Below, one piece after another: positions 41,493 to 50,227 of a stretch of 64,000 bases of DNA. Positions within the stretch are counted from its first letter, which is position 1. Each line of letters starts with the position of its first letter. This DNA is from a virus: the IMG/VR virus record IMGVR_UViG_3300045988_174371, positions 32,001 to 96,000 of that record. One strand, given 5' to 3'. Both the position numbers and the translations under genes were made by a program. The notes beneath the pieces were generated by a model that saw nothing but the letters and a program-made list of their open reading frames with translations, was not told where the DNA came from and searched no databases.

Positions 41493-41945
41493 CTATGCGT
41501 TGAGGCTTTCGGGAGTGGGCATTGTTGCGGTGTGAGCACGCCGGGTAAGTTCCTTGGCGTGGCTGTAAAGGACTTCTTCGAGGTCTTCGGGGTGGTAGAG
41601 TCGGATTTCTCCAAAGCAGACCTCCTCAGCGCACAGGCGGTAGACCTTGTACCACCATTCGCGCTTGGTCTCCTCTGGGAGGGCATCTAGGGCATCCAGC
41701 AGGTCTGGGTGGATGATTGCATTGTAGAGCTGAGTAATGCGCTCCCAATAGATTTCACTGGGCGCGCTCTTGTCGGACATGATAATGCCGCTGGTACCCC
41801 AGACGTAGCCGCCTTCCTTGTCGTAACGCACTGACAGGGTGGTTGGCATCAGGCGCGGCATGAGCAGAAACTCTATTTCCTTGACAGGTACAAGCACGTC
41901 CAGCAGGGGTGTTACAGTTTCTTCGATAGTGCGGATTAGCGACAT
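41493..41945 (-). CDS. hypothetical protein (150 aa)
   Basis: GAAGGAG SD. Confidence 0.75.
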   Translation of the reverse strand: MSLIRTIEETVTPLLDVLVPVKEIEFLLMPRLMPTTLSVRYDKEGGYVWGTSGIIMSDKSAPSEIYWERITQLYNAIIHPDLLDALDALPEETKREWWYKVYRLCAEEVCFGEIRLYHPEDLEEVLYSHAKELTRRAHTATMPTPESLNA

Positions 41946-41976
41946 TTGGGTTCTCCTTCGTATGTTGCCATGTTGG

Positions 41977-42453
41977 TTAAATGTAGAACTCTACGCGGTG
42001 GTAGGTCGAGCTGATTTTGCCATTCTTTTCTGCGTGCTCGGGGCGACCGTCGCACACCTGAACGTCGTGGCTAATTTCCCTGCGGTAGGGGTGTTCGTTG
42101 TCGGTTCCTGCGGGGTCTACACTTTCGCGTACCCAGTCTTCGGTTCCGACGTAGCGCCATTCAAAGGTTGCAGGTTCGTAACGTTCCACCATTCGAGAGG
42201 TTCCTTCCCATTGACCCTCTGAGTTGATGTGGTAACCAGCTTCTTCTTCGAACCAGCGCCTAGATGGTTCGAAGTTCTGAATCTCAATGCTTGAGTCCAC
42301 CTGCTTTTCATTGACGATGCAGGTATTGGGTGTAGAGCGGATGCCTAGGATGACTGCTACGGCAATAGGGATGATGGCTATGGCGATTATAAGACCGCCC
42401 ACAATATCGTCGCCTGTGAACTTCACGACCTGCGAGGTGTTCTCCTTAGGCAT
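41977..42453 (-). CDS. TM-anchored Cys-containing protein, paralog of 46843..47310 (158 aa)
   Basis: N-terminal TM; shared NTCI.NE..VD..IE..N..PSR.W......FEWRYVGTE.W..ES..P.G.DN..PYRR....DVQVCDGR.E. Confidence 0.8.
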   Translation of the reverse strand: MPKENTSQVVKFTGDDIVGGLIIAIAIIPIAVAVILGIRSTPNTCIVNEKQVDSSIEIQNFEPSRRWFEEEAGYHINSEGQWEGTSRMVERYEPATFEWRYVGTEDWVRESVDPAGTDNEHPYRREISHDVQVCDGRPEHAEKNGKISSTYHRVEFYI

Positions 42454-42491
42454 TGATGCCCCTTCTGTAAGTGATTTCCTAAACTAATTAA

Positions 42492-42521
42492 AGTGTAGCA
42501 CATAATTCACAGTGAACACAA
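42492..42521 (-). promoter_or_regulatory. family promoter
   Basis: minus reading TTGTGT-N13-TGTGCTACACT. Confidence 0.6.
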
Positions 42522-42589
42522 GCGCGCAATTCCTTTATATAAGGCAGGTGCAACTATACCCAGTGTGTCACGCGCTACACTCTACCAAC

Positions 42590-42619
42590 TTGCCTGCTAT
42601 TCAAAATATGTGCTACACT
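42590..42619 (+). promoter_or_regulatory. family promoter
   Basis: TTGCCT-N13-TGTGCTACACT. Confidence 0.6.
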
Positions 42620-42654
42620 GTTTATGTAAGCAAATCATATATGGAGGTACAGAT

Positions 42655-42696
42655 ATGGGATTCCTTGGTTTTCTCTTGACCCTCTGGTTCGGATAA
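42655..42696 (+). CDS. candidate 13-aa hydrophobic micro-peptide MGFLGFLLTLWFG
   Basis: perfect GGAGG SD 7 nt before ATG; dedicated promoter 42590..42619 and terminator 42712..42750; could instead be a noncoding sRNA. Confidence 0.4.
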   Translation: MGFLGFLLTLWFG

Positions 42697-42711
42697 CCCG
42701 AATGAACCAAC

Positions 42712-42750
42712 AGTAAAAGCCCCTCAGCTTGTCACTGAGGGGCTTTTACT
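42712..42750. terminator. hairpin terminator
   Basis: AGTAAAAGCCCCTCAG ... CTGAGGGGCTTTTACT. Confidence 0.75.
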
Positions 42751-42826
42751 ATGCCTTATTGGGATTTCCCTGTCTGATGACCAATAAGACGGGGAAATGA
42801 CCATTGATGGCTTTCATGCAGTAGAA

Positions 42827-43978
42827 TTAGTTGGTCAGGAAAGCGACACTAGCAGGCTCCCATTCTTCACCAAGATTCATTGAGTCAATGGTGTAGCTAT
42901 ACCCGGTGAGGTCTTGGTTTAGCGGCATTTCTGCCGTGAGGCAGATAAGCGGCAACGGGACATTGCTTGATGCGCCAATCCTGGTAACTACCGCAGATTC
43001 CTTATTGATGAACGTTACCGTCACCGAACCCCGGCGTTCTACTAGGTTGCCTAGGTATTTAGCGGGGTTAGTGTCCTTGAGGTGGTAGAAGCCTGAGTTC
43101 TCATAAAGGAAGCTCTTAAATGCCCATCCATCACCCTTATTGAAGTCCACGTACATAGGGAGCCGCGTGTAGTTGAGAGCGGGCGCATCACTGTTATCCT
43201 TAGATGCGACGTACATCTCCAGGACTTTAGATACATATTCGGCATCACTGCGACACTGGTTTCGCATAGGGGTGCGCGGTTTATCCCCTTGTAGCTCGTA
43301 GGCAATTCGCCAGAATGCGTCTTGCAGTTCGCTTGCGCGAGACTGCTCCTTAGACTCTGCTACACCCTTCAAGAGGTGGTGGCGAATCTCCTTAGGAATA
43401 GACTTGTCGTACATCATCTCTTTGTCAATGGTGTTCGTGTAGACGGGGACAAAGGTTCCGTATGTGGTAGGTTTCTTGCCCTGCTTTTCCCATCCAAACA
43501 CTCCACGCATACTGAGGTAATCCCTACTGCTGGCAGTGATGCCGCAATATTCCCACACATCAATCCCCGGCGATAGGATGCGTTCTCTATTGGTGCGTGG
43601 TCGATAGCTGTGACTGTCAGTAATCACTTCCATGCCTCGGCAGGGGTAGTCGTAAAAGTGGGTGGCTTTCCCGCCGCTCAGCAGATACTCTTTCAGCCAG
43701 AGGTTATACGCGGCTAGATAGTCAGGTTCCTCCACTTTCTCCGCCTTAACGGTTGCAAAGTTGATTCCAACCCTCCCCTTCAGGCGGTGTGCCCGCGCAT
43801 GGTTGATACGGGGCTCCGGCAAGAGGACAGTACTGGTCTTGCTTTGACTAGGCGCAGTTTGTGCAGTATTCACCTTAAGAAGGGTGATACTGTTCTTAGG
43901 GTCGCGCCATGCGGCACGGTAGGTGTTGCCGCGAGCGCCTGCGTATCGTGCAGTGAATTTCGAGAGCACGTCTTTCAT
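42827..43978 (-). CDS. SHN-YGW family paralog, fused N- and C-domains (383 aa)
   Basis: GGAG SD; AAYNLWLKEYLLSGG...RGVFGWEKQG...NTIDKEMMYDKSIP... plus MYVDFNKGDGWAF...TGYSYTI. Confidence 0.8.
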   Translation of the reverse strand: MKDVLSKFTARYAGARGNTYRAAWRDPKNSITLLKVNTAQTAPSQSKTSTVLLPEPRINHARAHRLKGRVGINFATVKAEKVEEPDYLAAYNLWLKEYLLSGGKATHFYDYPCRGMEVITDSHSYRPRTNRERILSPGIDVWEYCGITASSRDYLSMRGVFGWEKQGKKPTTYGTFVPVYTNTIDKEMMYDKSIPKEIRHHLLKGVAESKEQSRASELQDAFWRIAYELQGDKPRTPMRNQCRSDAEYVSKVLEMYVASKDNSDAPALNYTRLPMYVDFNKGDGWAFKSFLYENSGFYHLKDTNPAKYLGNLVERRGSVTVTFINKESAVVTRIGASSNVPLPLICLTAEMPLNQDLTGYSYTIDSMNLGEEWEPASVAFLTN

Positions 43979-44068
43979 CCTTTCAAGCTCCAGTTAGTAT
44001 GTCGGGTTTCTTGATGTATAACTGCGCAACACATGGCAATAAGAACACCCCATCAGCGGCTTCACACC

Positions 44069-44389
44069 TTACGGCAGATACGAGTGAGAAATCTGTGCTT
44101 GAGCCAAAAACTCTGGCGAACAGGTCACCGTCACATTAGTAAGACCCTCAACCGTACCCCCGAAATTCCCCTCAGCACTAGCGGAAACCTCATACTCGAT
44201 TACTGGCTGAGCATCTGCAACAGTGATAACACGCGCCGGGAACGGCATACGCACAAACTCAAACGTGCGCGATTGACGCGGGACAAAATACACCACCAAT
44301 TCAACACCACCACGCGAACCACGCACGCTACGGTAATAGCGGTGCTCAATCATAAGATGGGTAATATCCCCATAAAACGTACTAGCCAT
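44069..44389 (-). CDS. hypothetical protein (106 aa)
   Basis: GGAAAGGA SD; the antisense ORF 44033..44467 is R/H/T-rich junk. Confidence 0.7.
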   Translation of the reverse strand: MASTFYGDITHLMIEHRYYRSVRGSRGGVELVVYFVPRQSRTFEFVRMPFPARVITVADAQPVIEYEVSASAEGNFGGTVEGLTNVTVTCSPEFLAQAQISHSYLP

Positions 44390-44502
44390 TTAAATCCTTT
44401 CCAAAAACAAAGGGTTGATAGGAGGTTGGGTGAAAATCCAACGATACCCCACCACCATACCAGATGAAGGGTGGCGAGGGTATCAGTGCTCACTGCGTGG
44501 GC

Positions 44503-44892
44503 TTAGTGTTGCCAGTACAGGGCATCTACGGTGAATCGAAGCATATTCTCCTCCTCGGGGTGCTCTTCGATAATCGGGGCGATACCACATACGGAGTACT
44601 GAGAAGCGAAAACGAGGATACCGTCTTCCTTATCACCGTAGACAGTGGTGGCACCATTGAGCATGATGTTCGGGCCCCCTGCATTCAGAGTCAGGGGTTC
44701 ATGTCCTTCGCCACAGGGAGTTAGATACAGCTCGCCAGTGTCCGTATCCTCGTCAATAGTGAAGTAGGTAGCATCTTCCTTCACCTTATTTAGAATCTCC
44801 TGCACGGTGACACCCTCAATCTCATACGGGGCGTACTCAATGACGATGCCCCGAGGGGGGAAGGACATTGCAAGCTTAGGGGTGGCACTCAT
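44503..44892 (-). CDS. hypothetical protein (129 aa; track ORF trimmed)
   Basis: AAAGGAG SD before the ATG at 44892. Confidence 0.75.
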   Translation of the reverse strand: MSATPKLAMSFPPRGIVIEYAPYEIEGVTVQEILNKVKEDATYFTIDEDTDTGELYLTPCGEGHEPLTLNAGGPNIMLNGATTVYGDKEDGILVFASQYSVCGIAPIIEEHPEEENMLRFTVDALYWQH

Positions 44893-44970
44893 GGAAGTCT
44901 CCTTTGTAAAGGTGGTAAATCTTAGGTTGGTAGTTCTTAGTGGGAGGCTTTCTCCCTCACCAACAATTAT

Positions 44971-45000
44971 ATTGTACCACACTTTTAAATGCCTACACAA
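44971..45000 (-). promoter_or_regulatory. family promoter
   Basis: minus reading TTGTGT-N13-TGTGGTACAAT. Confidence 0.65.
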
Positions 45001-45130
45001 CTCTTAGGTTGGTGGTTTTTGGGAAAATTTTCCAACACTCACCAGCATCCCACATGTGCAGGGAAGCAGGGAAGGGCATCACCATGAAGAGTATTGCCAT
45101 ATTGCCAGGTACTACCCAGTACCAGGATTG

Positions 45131-45538
45131 TCAATGCCTACGGTAGGCATTCTTACGAATCGCAATACTGTAGATTGCGGTAGTAACCGTACTAGTGACC
45201 GCAAGTATGAGCCAGATGCCGTACCCAACCGCCACGCCGCCGCCGGGGGCAACTCCGTTCGCTTCAAAGATGCCCTTCGACAGGAACAATGCGGGCATGT
45301 CGATAGCCACAAAGCACGCCATGCAACCCAGGAATATGATAATCCCATCGAAGAAGAGCGCCACGTCCTCAGAGGTGCCTTCTGGCAGGCTGTCGCTAGT
45401 GGTTCGCAAATTAGCTACCCACACAACGAACAGGAATAGCAGGTTGAACACGTGAGGTAGGGCAAAGAATGCCCATAGCGGCATGGTTCTAAAGAAGTTT
45501 GCGGGGTCTTGGAACAGGTTGAGAAAATCGGCAAACAT
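45131..45538 (-). CDS. membrane protein (135 aa; the start could be 45583)
   Basis: AGAAAG SD 9 nt before the ATG at 45538; about 4 TM. Confidence 0.6.
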   Translation of the reverse strand: MFADFLNLFQDPANFFRTMPLWAFFALPHVFNLLFLFVVWVANLRTTSDSLPEGTSEDVALFFDGIIIFLGCMACFVAIDMPALFLSKGIFEANGVAPGGGVAVGYGIWLILAVTSTVTTAIYSIAIRKNAYRRH

Positions 45539-45629
45539 ATCGCGACACTTTCTTTTGGTAAGAGGCGCGGCAATGGCTTGCATAGCACAAGCCGTTACCG
45601 CGCCTTAATTGCAGGTTTCTGACATGAAA

Positions 45630-46793
45630 TTAGCAGGGCTGGAAAGTGACCTTTGCGGGCTCCCATACGTCGCCGGGTTCCACGGATGCGATGGTGTAGC
45701 TATATCCAGTGAGATTCTGACCGGCAGGCTTGGTTGCCGTGAGGATAATGAGGGGCGTGCGGTTGCCCACATCGCCACCAGTAATGACTGCCACTTTGTC
45801 AGTGATGAACATTGCGGTGGCGTTCCTCATGTGAGATAGGTATTCTGCGGGGTCGATACCTTTAAAGTGGGAGAACTTTGAGTCGTCATAAAGGAATGTT
45901 TCAAAAGCCCAGTTGTCGCCTTTGTTGAAGTCCACAAACATGGTCATGGTCGGCTGACTGAGGGTGGGCGCGGCGCTGTTATCCTTGGAGTTGGTGTACC
46001 AGTTAATAGCGCGTCCTACTCGCTCAGCTTCATTGTCGCGGCTATTGCGGTAGTCCCTACGCTTGGATGCATGGGCGGACTCTCCACTCTTCGCGTATTC
46101 GCACATAATGGAGTGAAAGTCGAGGCTCCATGCGCGGGCTTGCTTCGCTTCTTCTGCTACGCCGTGTCGTATGTGAAGGCGGACACTTTCTGGCACAGAC
46201 TCATCATGCATCATTTCCTTGTCAATGGTGTTCGTGTATGCCGGTACCCAATGACCGTCATAGGCGACAGCGGTTTTGCCGCCGTTAGTCCAACCGTACA
46301 TGTTATTGTGACAGCGGTCACCCGTGAAGTCGCTCACATAGTGGTTGGCGGTAAACTCGCGGGACAGAATGTAGTTGCGAGAATTAGCGCCACACATCCC
46401 ATACGTAGACGATGGGCGCTGGTTACGGGGGTTGGTCACCACTTCAATACGCGGGCAGGGGTAGTCGTAGAAGTGGGTAATCCTGTTGCCTTGCAACAGG
46501 TAGTCCTTGAGCCAGCTGTTGTACATGGCTAGATAGTCAGTTTCCTCTACTTCTTCCGCCTTGACGGTTGCGAAGTTGGGCTTAATTCTTTCTCTCTGGA
46601 GGCGCACCCATGCAGGGTTGATACGGGACTCCGGCTGGAGAGGAGAGCCAGCTTCGGTTTTACTAGGGACAGCTTGTGCAGTATCCACCTTAAGGGGGAT
46701 ACTGTTGCCGGGGTCGCGCCAGGTGGCGTGAAAAACGGTGCCTTGCGCAGTGTCTTCCGTGCCAATAAGTCGGCTAATGAGGTTAGTGAACAT
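45630..46793 (-). CDS. SHN-YGW family paralog, fused N- and C-domains (387 aa)
   Basis: CGAAAGGG SD; closest paralog of 42827..43978. Confidence 0.8.
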   Translation of the reverse strand: MFTNLISRLIGTEDTAQGTVFHATWRDPGNSIPLKVDTAQAVPSKTEAGSPLQPESRINPAWVRLQRERIKPNFATVKAEEVEETDYLAMYNSWLKDYLLQGNRITHFYDYPCPRIEVVTNPRNQRPSSTYGMCGANSRNYILSREFTANHYVSDFTGDRCHNNMYGWTNGGKTAVAYDGHWVPAYTNTIDKEMMHDESVPESVRLHIRHGVAEEAKQARAWSLDFHSIMCEYAKSGESAHASKRRDYRNSRDNEAERVGRAINWYTNSKDNSAAPTLSQPTMTMFVDFNKGDNWAFETFLYDDSKFSHFKGIDPAEYLSHMRNATAMFITDKVAVITGGDVGNRTPLIILTATKPAGQNLTGYSYTIASVEPGDVWEPAKVTFQPC

Positions 46794-46842
46794 TTTCGGG
46801 CACCCTTTCGAGGTGGTTGATAGTGGTTAGGTTTAGGTGTTG

Positions 46843-47310
46843 CTAAATGTAGTAGGAAACAACAGAGCGGTGGGAGCGAATCGAGCCGTTAATGTCGGCA
46901 TACTCTGCGCGTCCATCACAGACCTGCACGTCGTATTCTTTGACTCGACGGTAAGGGGCGGTGTTATCTCTGCCTTCCGGTTCGCGCGACTCATGCGCCC
47001 AGTTTTCAGTACCTACATAACGCCACTCAAAGCTTGCAGGCGAAGAGTACTCAACATCCTTCATGCATGATTCATACTTTGCCGTGGTGGGATTCAGGCA
47101 ATAGCTGAACTCGCGGTCTGTCCATTTACGGGAAGGGGTGTAGTTGCGAGTCTCAATAGGCGTATCCACCACCGTTTCATTGATAATGCAGGTATTGGGG
47201 TAGGTGTAAGTTGAGCACGCCGTCAGTCCCACAATAGGAGCAAGACATAGGGTGATAGCTCCGGCGGCGCGAGTGATGCGCGGCTTAGCGGCAGGCTTAT
47301 TGGCGCTCAT
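46843..47310 (-). CDS. Cys-containing lipoprotein, paralog of 41977..42453 (155 aa; track ORF trimmed)
   Basis: GAAAGGA SD 9 nt before the ATG at 47310; lipobox GLTAC. Confidence 0.8.
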   Translation of the reverse strand: MSANKPAAKPRITRAAGAITLCLAPIVGLTACSTYTYPNTCIINETVVDTPIETRNYTPSRKWTDREFSYCLNPTTAKYESCMKDVEYSSPASFEWRYVGTENWAHESREPEGRDNTAPYRRVKEYDVQVCDGRAEYADINGSIRSHRSVVSYYI

Positions 47311-47341
47311 GGGTATATTTCCTTTCAATGTGAGGGTTTGT

Positions 47342-47375
47342 CCCGCCTGACACTAAATCTCAGGTGCCAGGCGGG
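47342..47375 (-). terminator. hairpin terminator
   Basis: CCCGCCTG ... CAGGCGGG. Confidence 0.6.
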
Positions 47376-47393
47376 GTCTAATTGGAAGCTTTA

Positions 47394-47738
47394 CTACTTA
47401 GCTTCGGTGCGATTGGGGACATTGTACTTCACATCGTTCAGGACTGCTACACCTTCCTTACCCCATACAATTTCCTGAAATGCTTCCTGCGGGGAGGAGA
47501 GGTAGGTGAAGAGTGCGAAGTGGGCTTCCCAAGAGTGGTTAATGAGAGGCAGGCGGAACAGGGCTCCAGTCTCGTAGAAGCGAACATCCATAAAAGCATC
47601 GGAGAGAGGCTTAAGGGGAGAGTCGAGCTTCACACCAATTCCTACCACCTTCGGGGAGTAGCCCTCATTGAGAAGTTCCTGGAAACGCTCAGGGATGGAG
47701 AAGGTGAACTCGACGTTGGAGATGGAAATGTTAGACAT
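47394..47738 (-). CDS. hypothetical protein (114 aa; track ORF trimmed)
   Basis: CCGAAAGG SD before the ATG at 47738. Confidence 0.75.
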   Translation of the reverse strand: MSNISISNVEFTFSIPERFQELLNEGYSPKVVGIGVKLDSPLKPLSDAFMDVRFYETGALFRLPLINHSWEAHFALFTYLSSPQEAFQEIVWGKEGVAVLNDVKYNVPNRTEAK

Positions 47739-47809
47739 GATGTAAAAGCCTTTCGGTAGGGTTTGAAGGTTTTCGCTTGAGATTTCTACTCTCTCAAGCT
47801 CATATACAT

Positions 47810-47839
47810 ATCGTACCACATATTTTGGGGAATGTGCAA
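47810..47839 (-). promoter_or_regulatory. family promoter
   Basis: minus reading TTGCAC-N13-TGTGGTACGAT. Confidence 0.7.
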
Positions 47840-47875
47840 CACGTAGTCACGTGGGACACCTCACACCAATTCGAC

Positions 47876-47905
47876 TTGCATACCCCAAATAATCTGTGAT
47901 ACGAT
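47876..47905 (+). promoter_or_regulatory. family promoter (strong), divergent from 47810..47839
   Basis: TTGCAT-N13-TGTGATACGAT. Confidence 0.7.
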
Positions 47906-47911
47906 AGAGTT

Positions 47912-48073
47912 ATCAACGGTTGAGAAGCCGCCCAAACAAACCCCGGATGGGGTTTAAGGGAGCCAGGTAAGGGGCGCTGGAAAGCCGCTCGGAAGGTTTC
48001 TCACTTACTGTCTTGCCCCGGATGGGGACTACCCGCTAGACACTAAGTGAGAAACCCGCCTAGCTTTGAGTAA
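47912..48073 (+). ncRNA. structured RNA (copy D2) co-transcribed upstream of tRNA-Leu(GAG)
   Basis: no ATG at all; hairpins AAACCCCGGAUGGGGUUU, CCCCGGAUGGGG and GUUUCUCACUUA...UAAGUGAGAAAC; homologous to 21343..21504. Confidence 0.6.
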
Positions 48074-48158
48074 GTGCCTGTGGTGGAATGGTAGACACGC
48101 CAGCTTGAGGGGCTGGTGTCCGACACAGGACGTGCGGGTTCGAATCCCGCCAGGCACA
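48074..48158 (+). tRNA. tRNA-Leu(GAG), class II, copy 2
   Basis: perfect acceptor GTGCCTG/CAGGCAC, anticodon loop TTGAGGG, variable arm GTCCGACACAGGAC, T-arm GCGGG-TTCGAAT-CCCGC. Confidence 0.85.
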
Positions 48159-48289
48159 CTAGTCACCCCCTATATGGGGTGGTGAGAAGCTTCAGGCTAA
48201 TCTTCTGCCCCCTGCATGGCTTCATCTCATGTAAACCTGGTGGTAATCCCATCACTGGAGTTAAAAGACCTAACGAAAGGTATGTCATT

Positions 48290-48538
48290 ATGTCCGATAT
48301 TCAGTACCTCGGTAACGACGAGTTTAAGATTTCCCGCAATGAGCTTGCAGGGCTCCTTAAGTCTGACGCTATCCTCTCTGCGCTTGAATGGGCAGGTGTA
48401 GATAATTGGTGTGGCTGGGATGATGCGCGCGGCGATTACGTCCGCGAATACGTAGAAGAGCACGAGGATATGGAAGCCGAAGACCCGTGGTTTGATGAGA
48501 TTGTCGCTCACAAGCTGAAGCTCATCGAAGAGGCATAA
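48290..48538 (+). CDS. hypothetical acidic protein (82 aa; track ORF trimmed)
   Basis: CGAAAGG SD about 10 nt before the ATG at 48290; the longer track ORF overlaps the tRNA. Confidence 0.7.
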   Translation: MSDIQYLGNDEFKISRNELAGLLKSDAILSALEWAGVDNWCGWDDARGDYVREYVEEHEDMEAEDPWFDEIVAHKLKLIEEA

Positions 48539-48562
48539 GGTAAGTAAACCTCAATAAGGAAG

Positions 48563-48606
48563 TAAGGGAGCCGCCTAACCCGGTATGGGGTTAGGCGGCT
48601 CCCTTA
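48563..48606. terminator. bidirectional terminator
   Basis: 19-bp arms TAAGGGAGCCGCCTAACCC/GGGTTAGGCGGCTCCCTTA. Confidence 0.8.
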
Positions 48607-48655
48607 TGCTCTACATACGACTACATACCGCTTCATGGTACTCTACTCTCAGCTT

Positions 48656-49126
48656 CTAGCTTTGCAAGAACCTTTCCTTCACCGCAACAAGTAGCGCAAA
48701 CCCGCCAATATACCCAAGGATACCTGCACCTGTCCCAAACGTTGCTACGCCAAGAATGGCGATAGTGCCGATTACCACTGCAACGAAGGTGAGCTTCAAG
48801 CTATTGTTTACGTCTTTCCATGTAGCAGGTTCGTCACTTCCTGGGTTCTCATCGAGGAGTACGACGACGCTAAAGAGAGAGGGGAAGAATGCGACCATTT
48901 GAGCGCCATCAAAGGATACCAGCAAGGAAGTTATAAAGAATAGCGCCGCAAGCACCGCTTTATGCGCAGTGAGCAGAGTGCTTGGCTTTCCATGCCATGT
49001 CTCACCATCAGGCGACAAGCCCATATTGGGCGCAAACACTGTACTATTGATGCAGTAGAACATGGTGGCGTTGAACGCCGCCCATACGGTGAGTCCAATA
49101 AGCGGTATTGTGATATTGGCAGTCAT
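48656..49126 (-). CDS. membrane protein, paralog of 52104..52562 (156 aa; track ORF trimmed)
   Basis: AGAAAGGGG SD; shared N-terminus PLIGLTVWAAFNATMFYCINSTVFAP / PLMGLALWLAFNATVYYCINSATFAP. Confidence 0.75.
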   Translation of the reverse strand: MTANITIPLIGLTVWAAFNATMFYCINSTVFAPNMGLSPDGETWHGKPSTLLTAHKAVLAALFFITSLLVSFDGAQMVAFFPSLFSVVVLLDENPGSDEPATWKDVNNSLKLTFVAVVIGTIAILGVATFGTGAGILGYIGGFALLVAVKERFLQS

Positions 49127-49266
49127 GGTGTGTCGCCCCTTTCTTGGCGTAGACCGTGAGCTAATCAAGTTTGCGCTGAGCTAGAGGCGCGTCCCTTCTA
49201 TTGCTCTCTTGGGGGTGTGGTTTCACATATGCGCTTCTAGGTGATGGTCTAGCGCCTATCTTTCTA

Positions 49267-50073
49267 CTATCGGCTGGTTGCGCCTAGAGTCCCTTGGTGT
49301 AGGTCATCCCAATTCACCTTGAGGTCATGCACCTCACCAATTACGTTATGAGTCTCGTCTACATACTCAACAACTGAGCGCGTATTGTATCCGCCGCATG
49401 TAGTGCGATGCTCTTCCCACTCTTCTACAAGGCGCTGGTTGGTCGGGTCGTCATCAACTGCATCAAGTAGCAGGTTGCATGTTTCGCAGTCGTGACGGCG
49501 CATCACATGCCGCAGGTGACCTACATGCTCATCCTGCTCATTGAAAAGCCGCATATTTCGGTATGCGCGGTAGGTGCGGGTTGCGCCTTCCTGACCATCA
49601 ACCTTAAACTCTACCCGGTCGCCCCTGAAAATGAGCAACTGAGCGTTTTCGCTAAGAGGAATGGGGTTAGAGCTGTCGGCGTTAAACTCACGCAATTCTT
49701 CGCGGTAGGCGCTGGGTACCTTGCGGGGTTCATCTCCTTCTTTCGCTAGGGTCACGTATACGGCAACAGCTTCCTTGTGGGCACCTTCTGGAAGCGTTCC
49801 GTCGTGACTAATTTCGCCTAGGTATATGGTCTTCCTGTAGCCGCTGTACAGACCGTGAGGAGCAAGCAGGGCGGCTAGTACGTCCATATTAGCTACTTCG
49901 CCGGTATCGATGTTCACGTATTCACCAATGATGCCTGTGTCGCCAACGCGCGAGACGCGAATATGCTTACGTTCGCGGTGGGCATCATCTGTAGTAGGTG
50001 ATACTTCTACAATGTCGCCGGGGTTCACGGTTCGGAGAGTGTCGAATGTGAGGTTTTCGAGGTCGGTGGTCAT
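49267..50073 (-). CDS. hypothetical protein (268 aa)
   Basis: GGAAAGGA SD. Confidence 0.8.
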   Translation of the reverse strand: MTTDLENLTFDTLRTVNPGDIVEVSPTTDDAHRERKHIRVSRVGDTGIIGEYVNIDTGEVANMDVLAALLAPHGLYSGYRKTIYLGEISHDGTLPEGAHKEAVAVYVTLAKEGDEPRKVPSAYREELREFNADSSNPIPLSENAQLLIFRGDRVEFKVDGQEGATRTYRAYRNMRLFNEQDEHVGHLRHVMRRHDCETCNLLLDAVDDDPTNQRLVEEWEEHRTTCGGYNTRSVVEYVDETHNVIGEVHDLKVNWDDLHQGTLGATSR

Positions 50074-50164
50074 GTTGTTATCCTTTCCTGCCGCGCATTA
50101 GGGTGTAGATGTTTACGGGTGGTCTTGCTTGCTGGTGGTATGTATCGTGGGGGGTTCTAAGGGG

Positions 50165-50201
50165 GAGCCTGCCGAAACGCCTAGCACATTTCGGCAGGCT
50201 C
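50165..50201 (-). terminator. hairpin terminator
   Basis: GAGCCTGCCGAAA ... TTTCGGCAGGCTC. Confidence 0.7.
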
Positions 50202-50227
50202 TTGGGTTTAAGTTCTCAGAATGGCGG

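Larger units (their letters stand above)
47857..48158 (+). repeat. promoter + RNA + tRNA-Leu(GAG) module, inverted copy 2
   Basis: diverged inverted repeat of 21258..21559. Confidence 0.75.

Noticed and set aside
44033-44467. 144-aa plus-strand ORF
   Set aside because: It has an R/H/T-rich junk composition and no SD. The opposite-strand ORF 44069..44389 has a GGAAAGGA SD.
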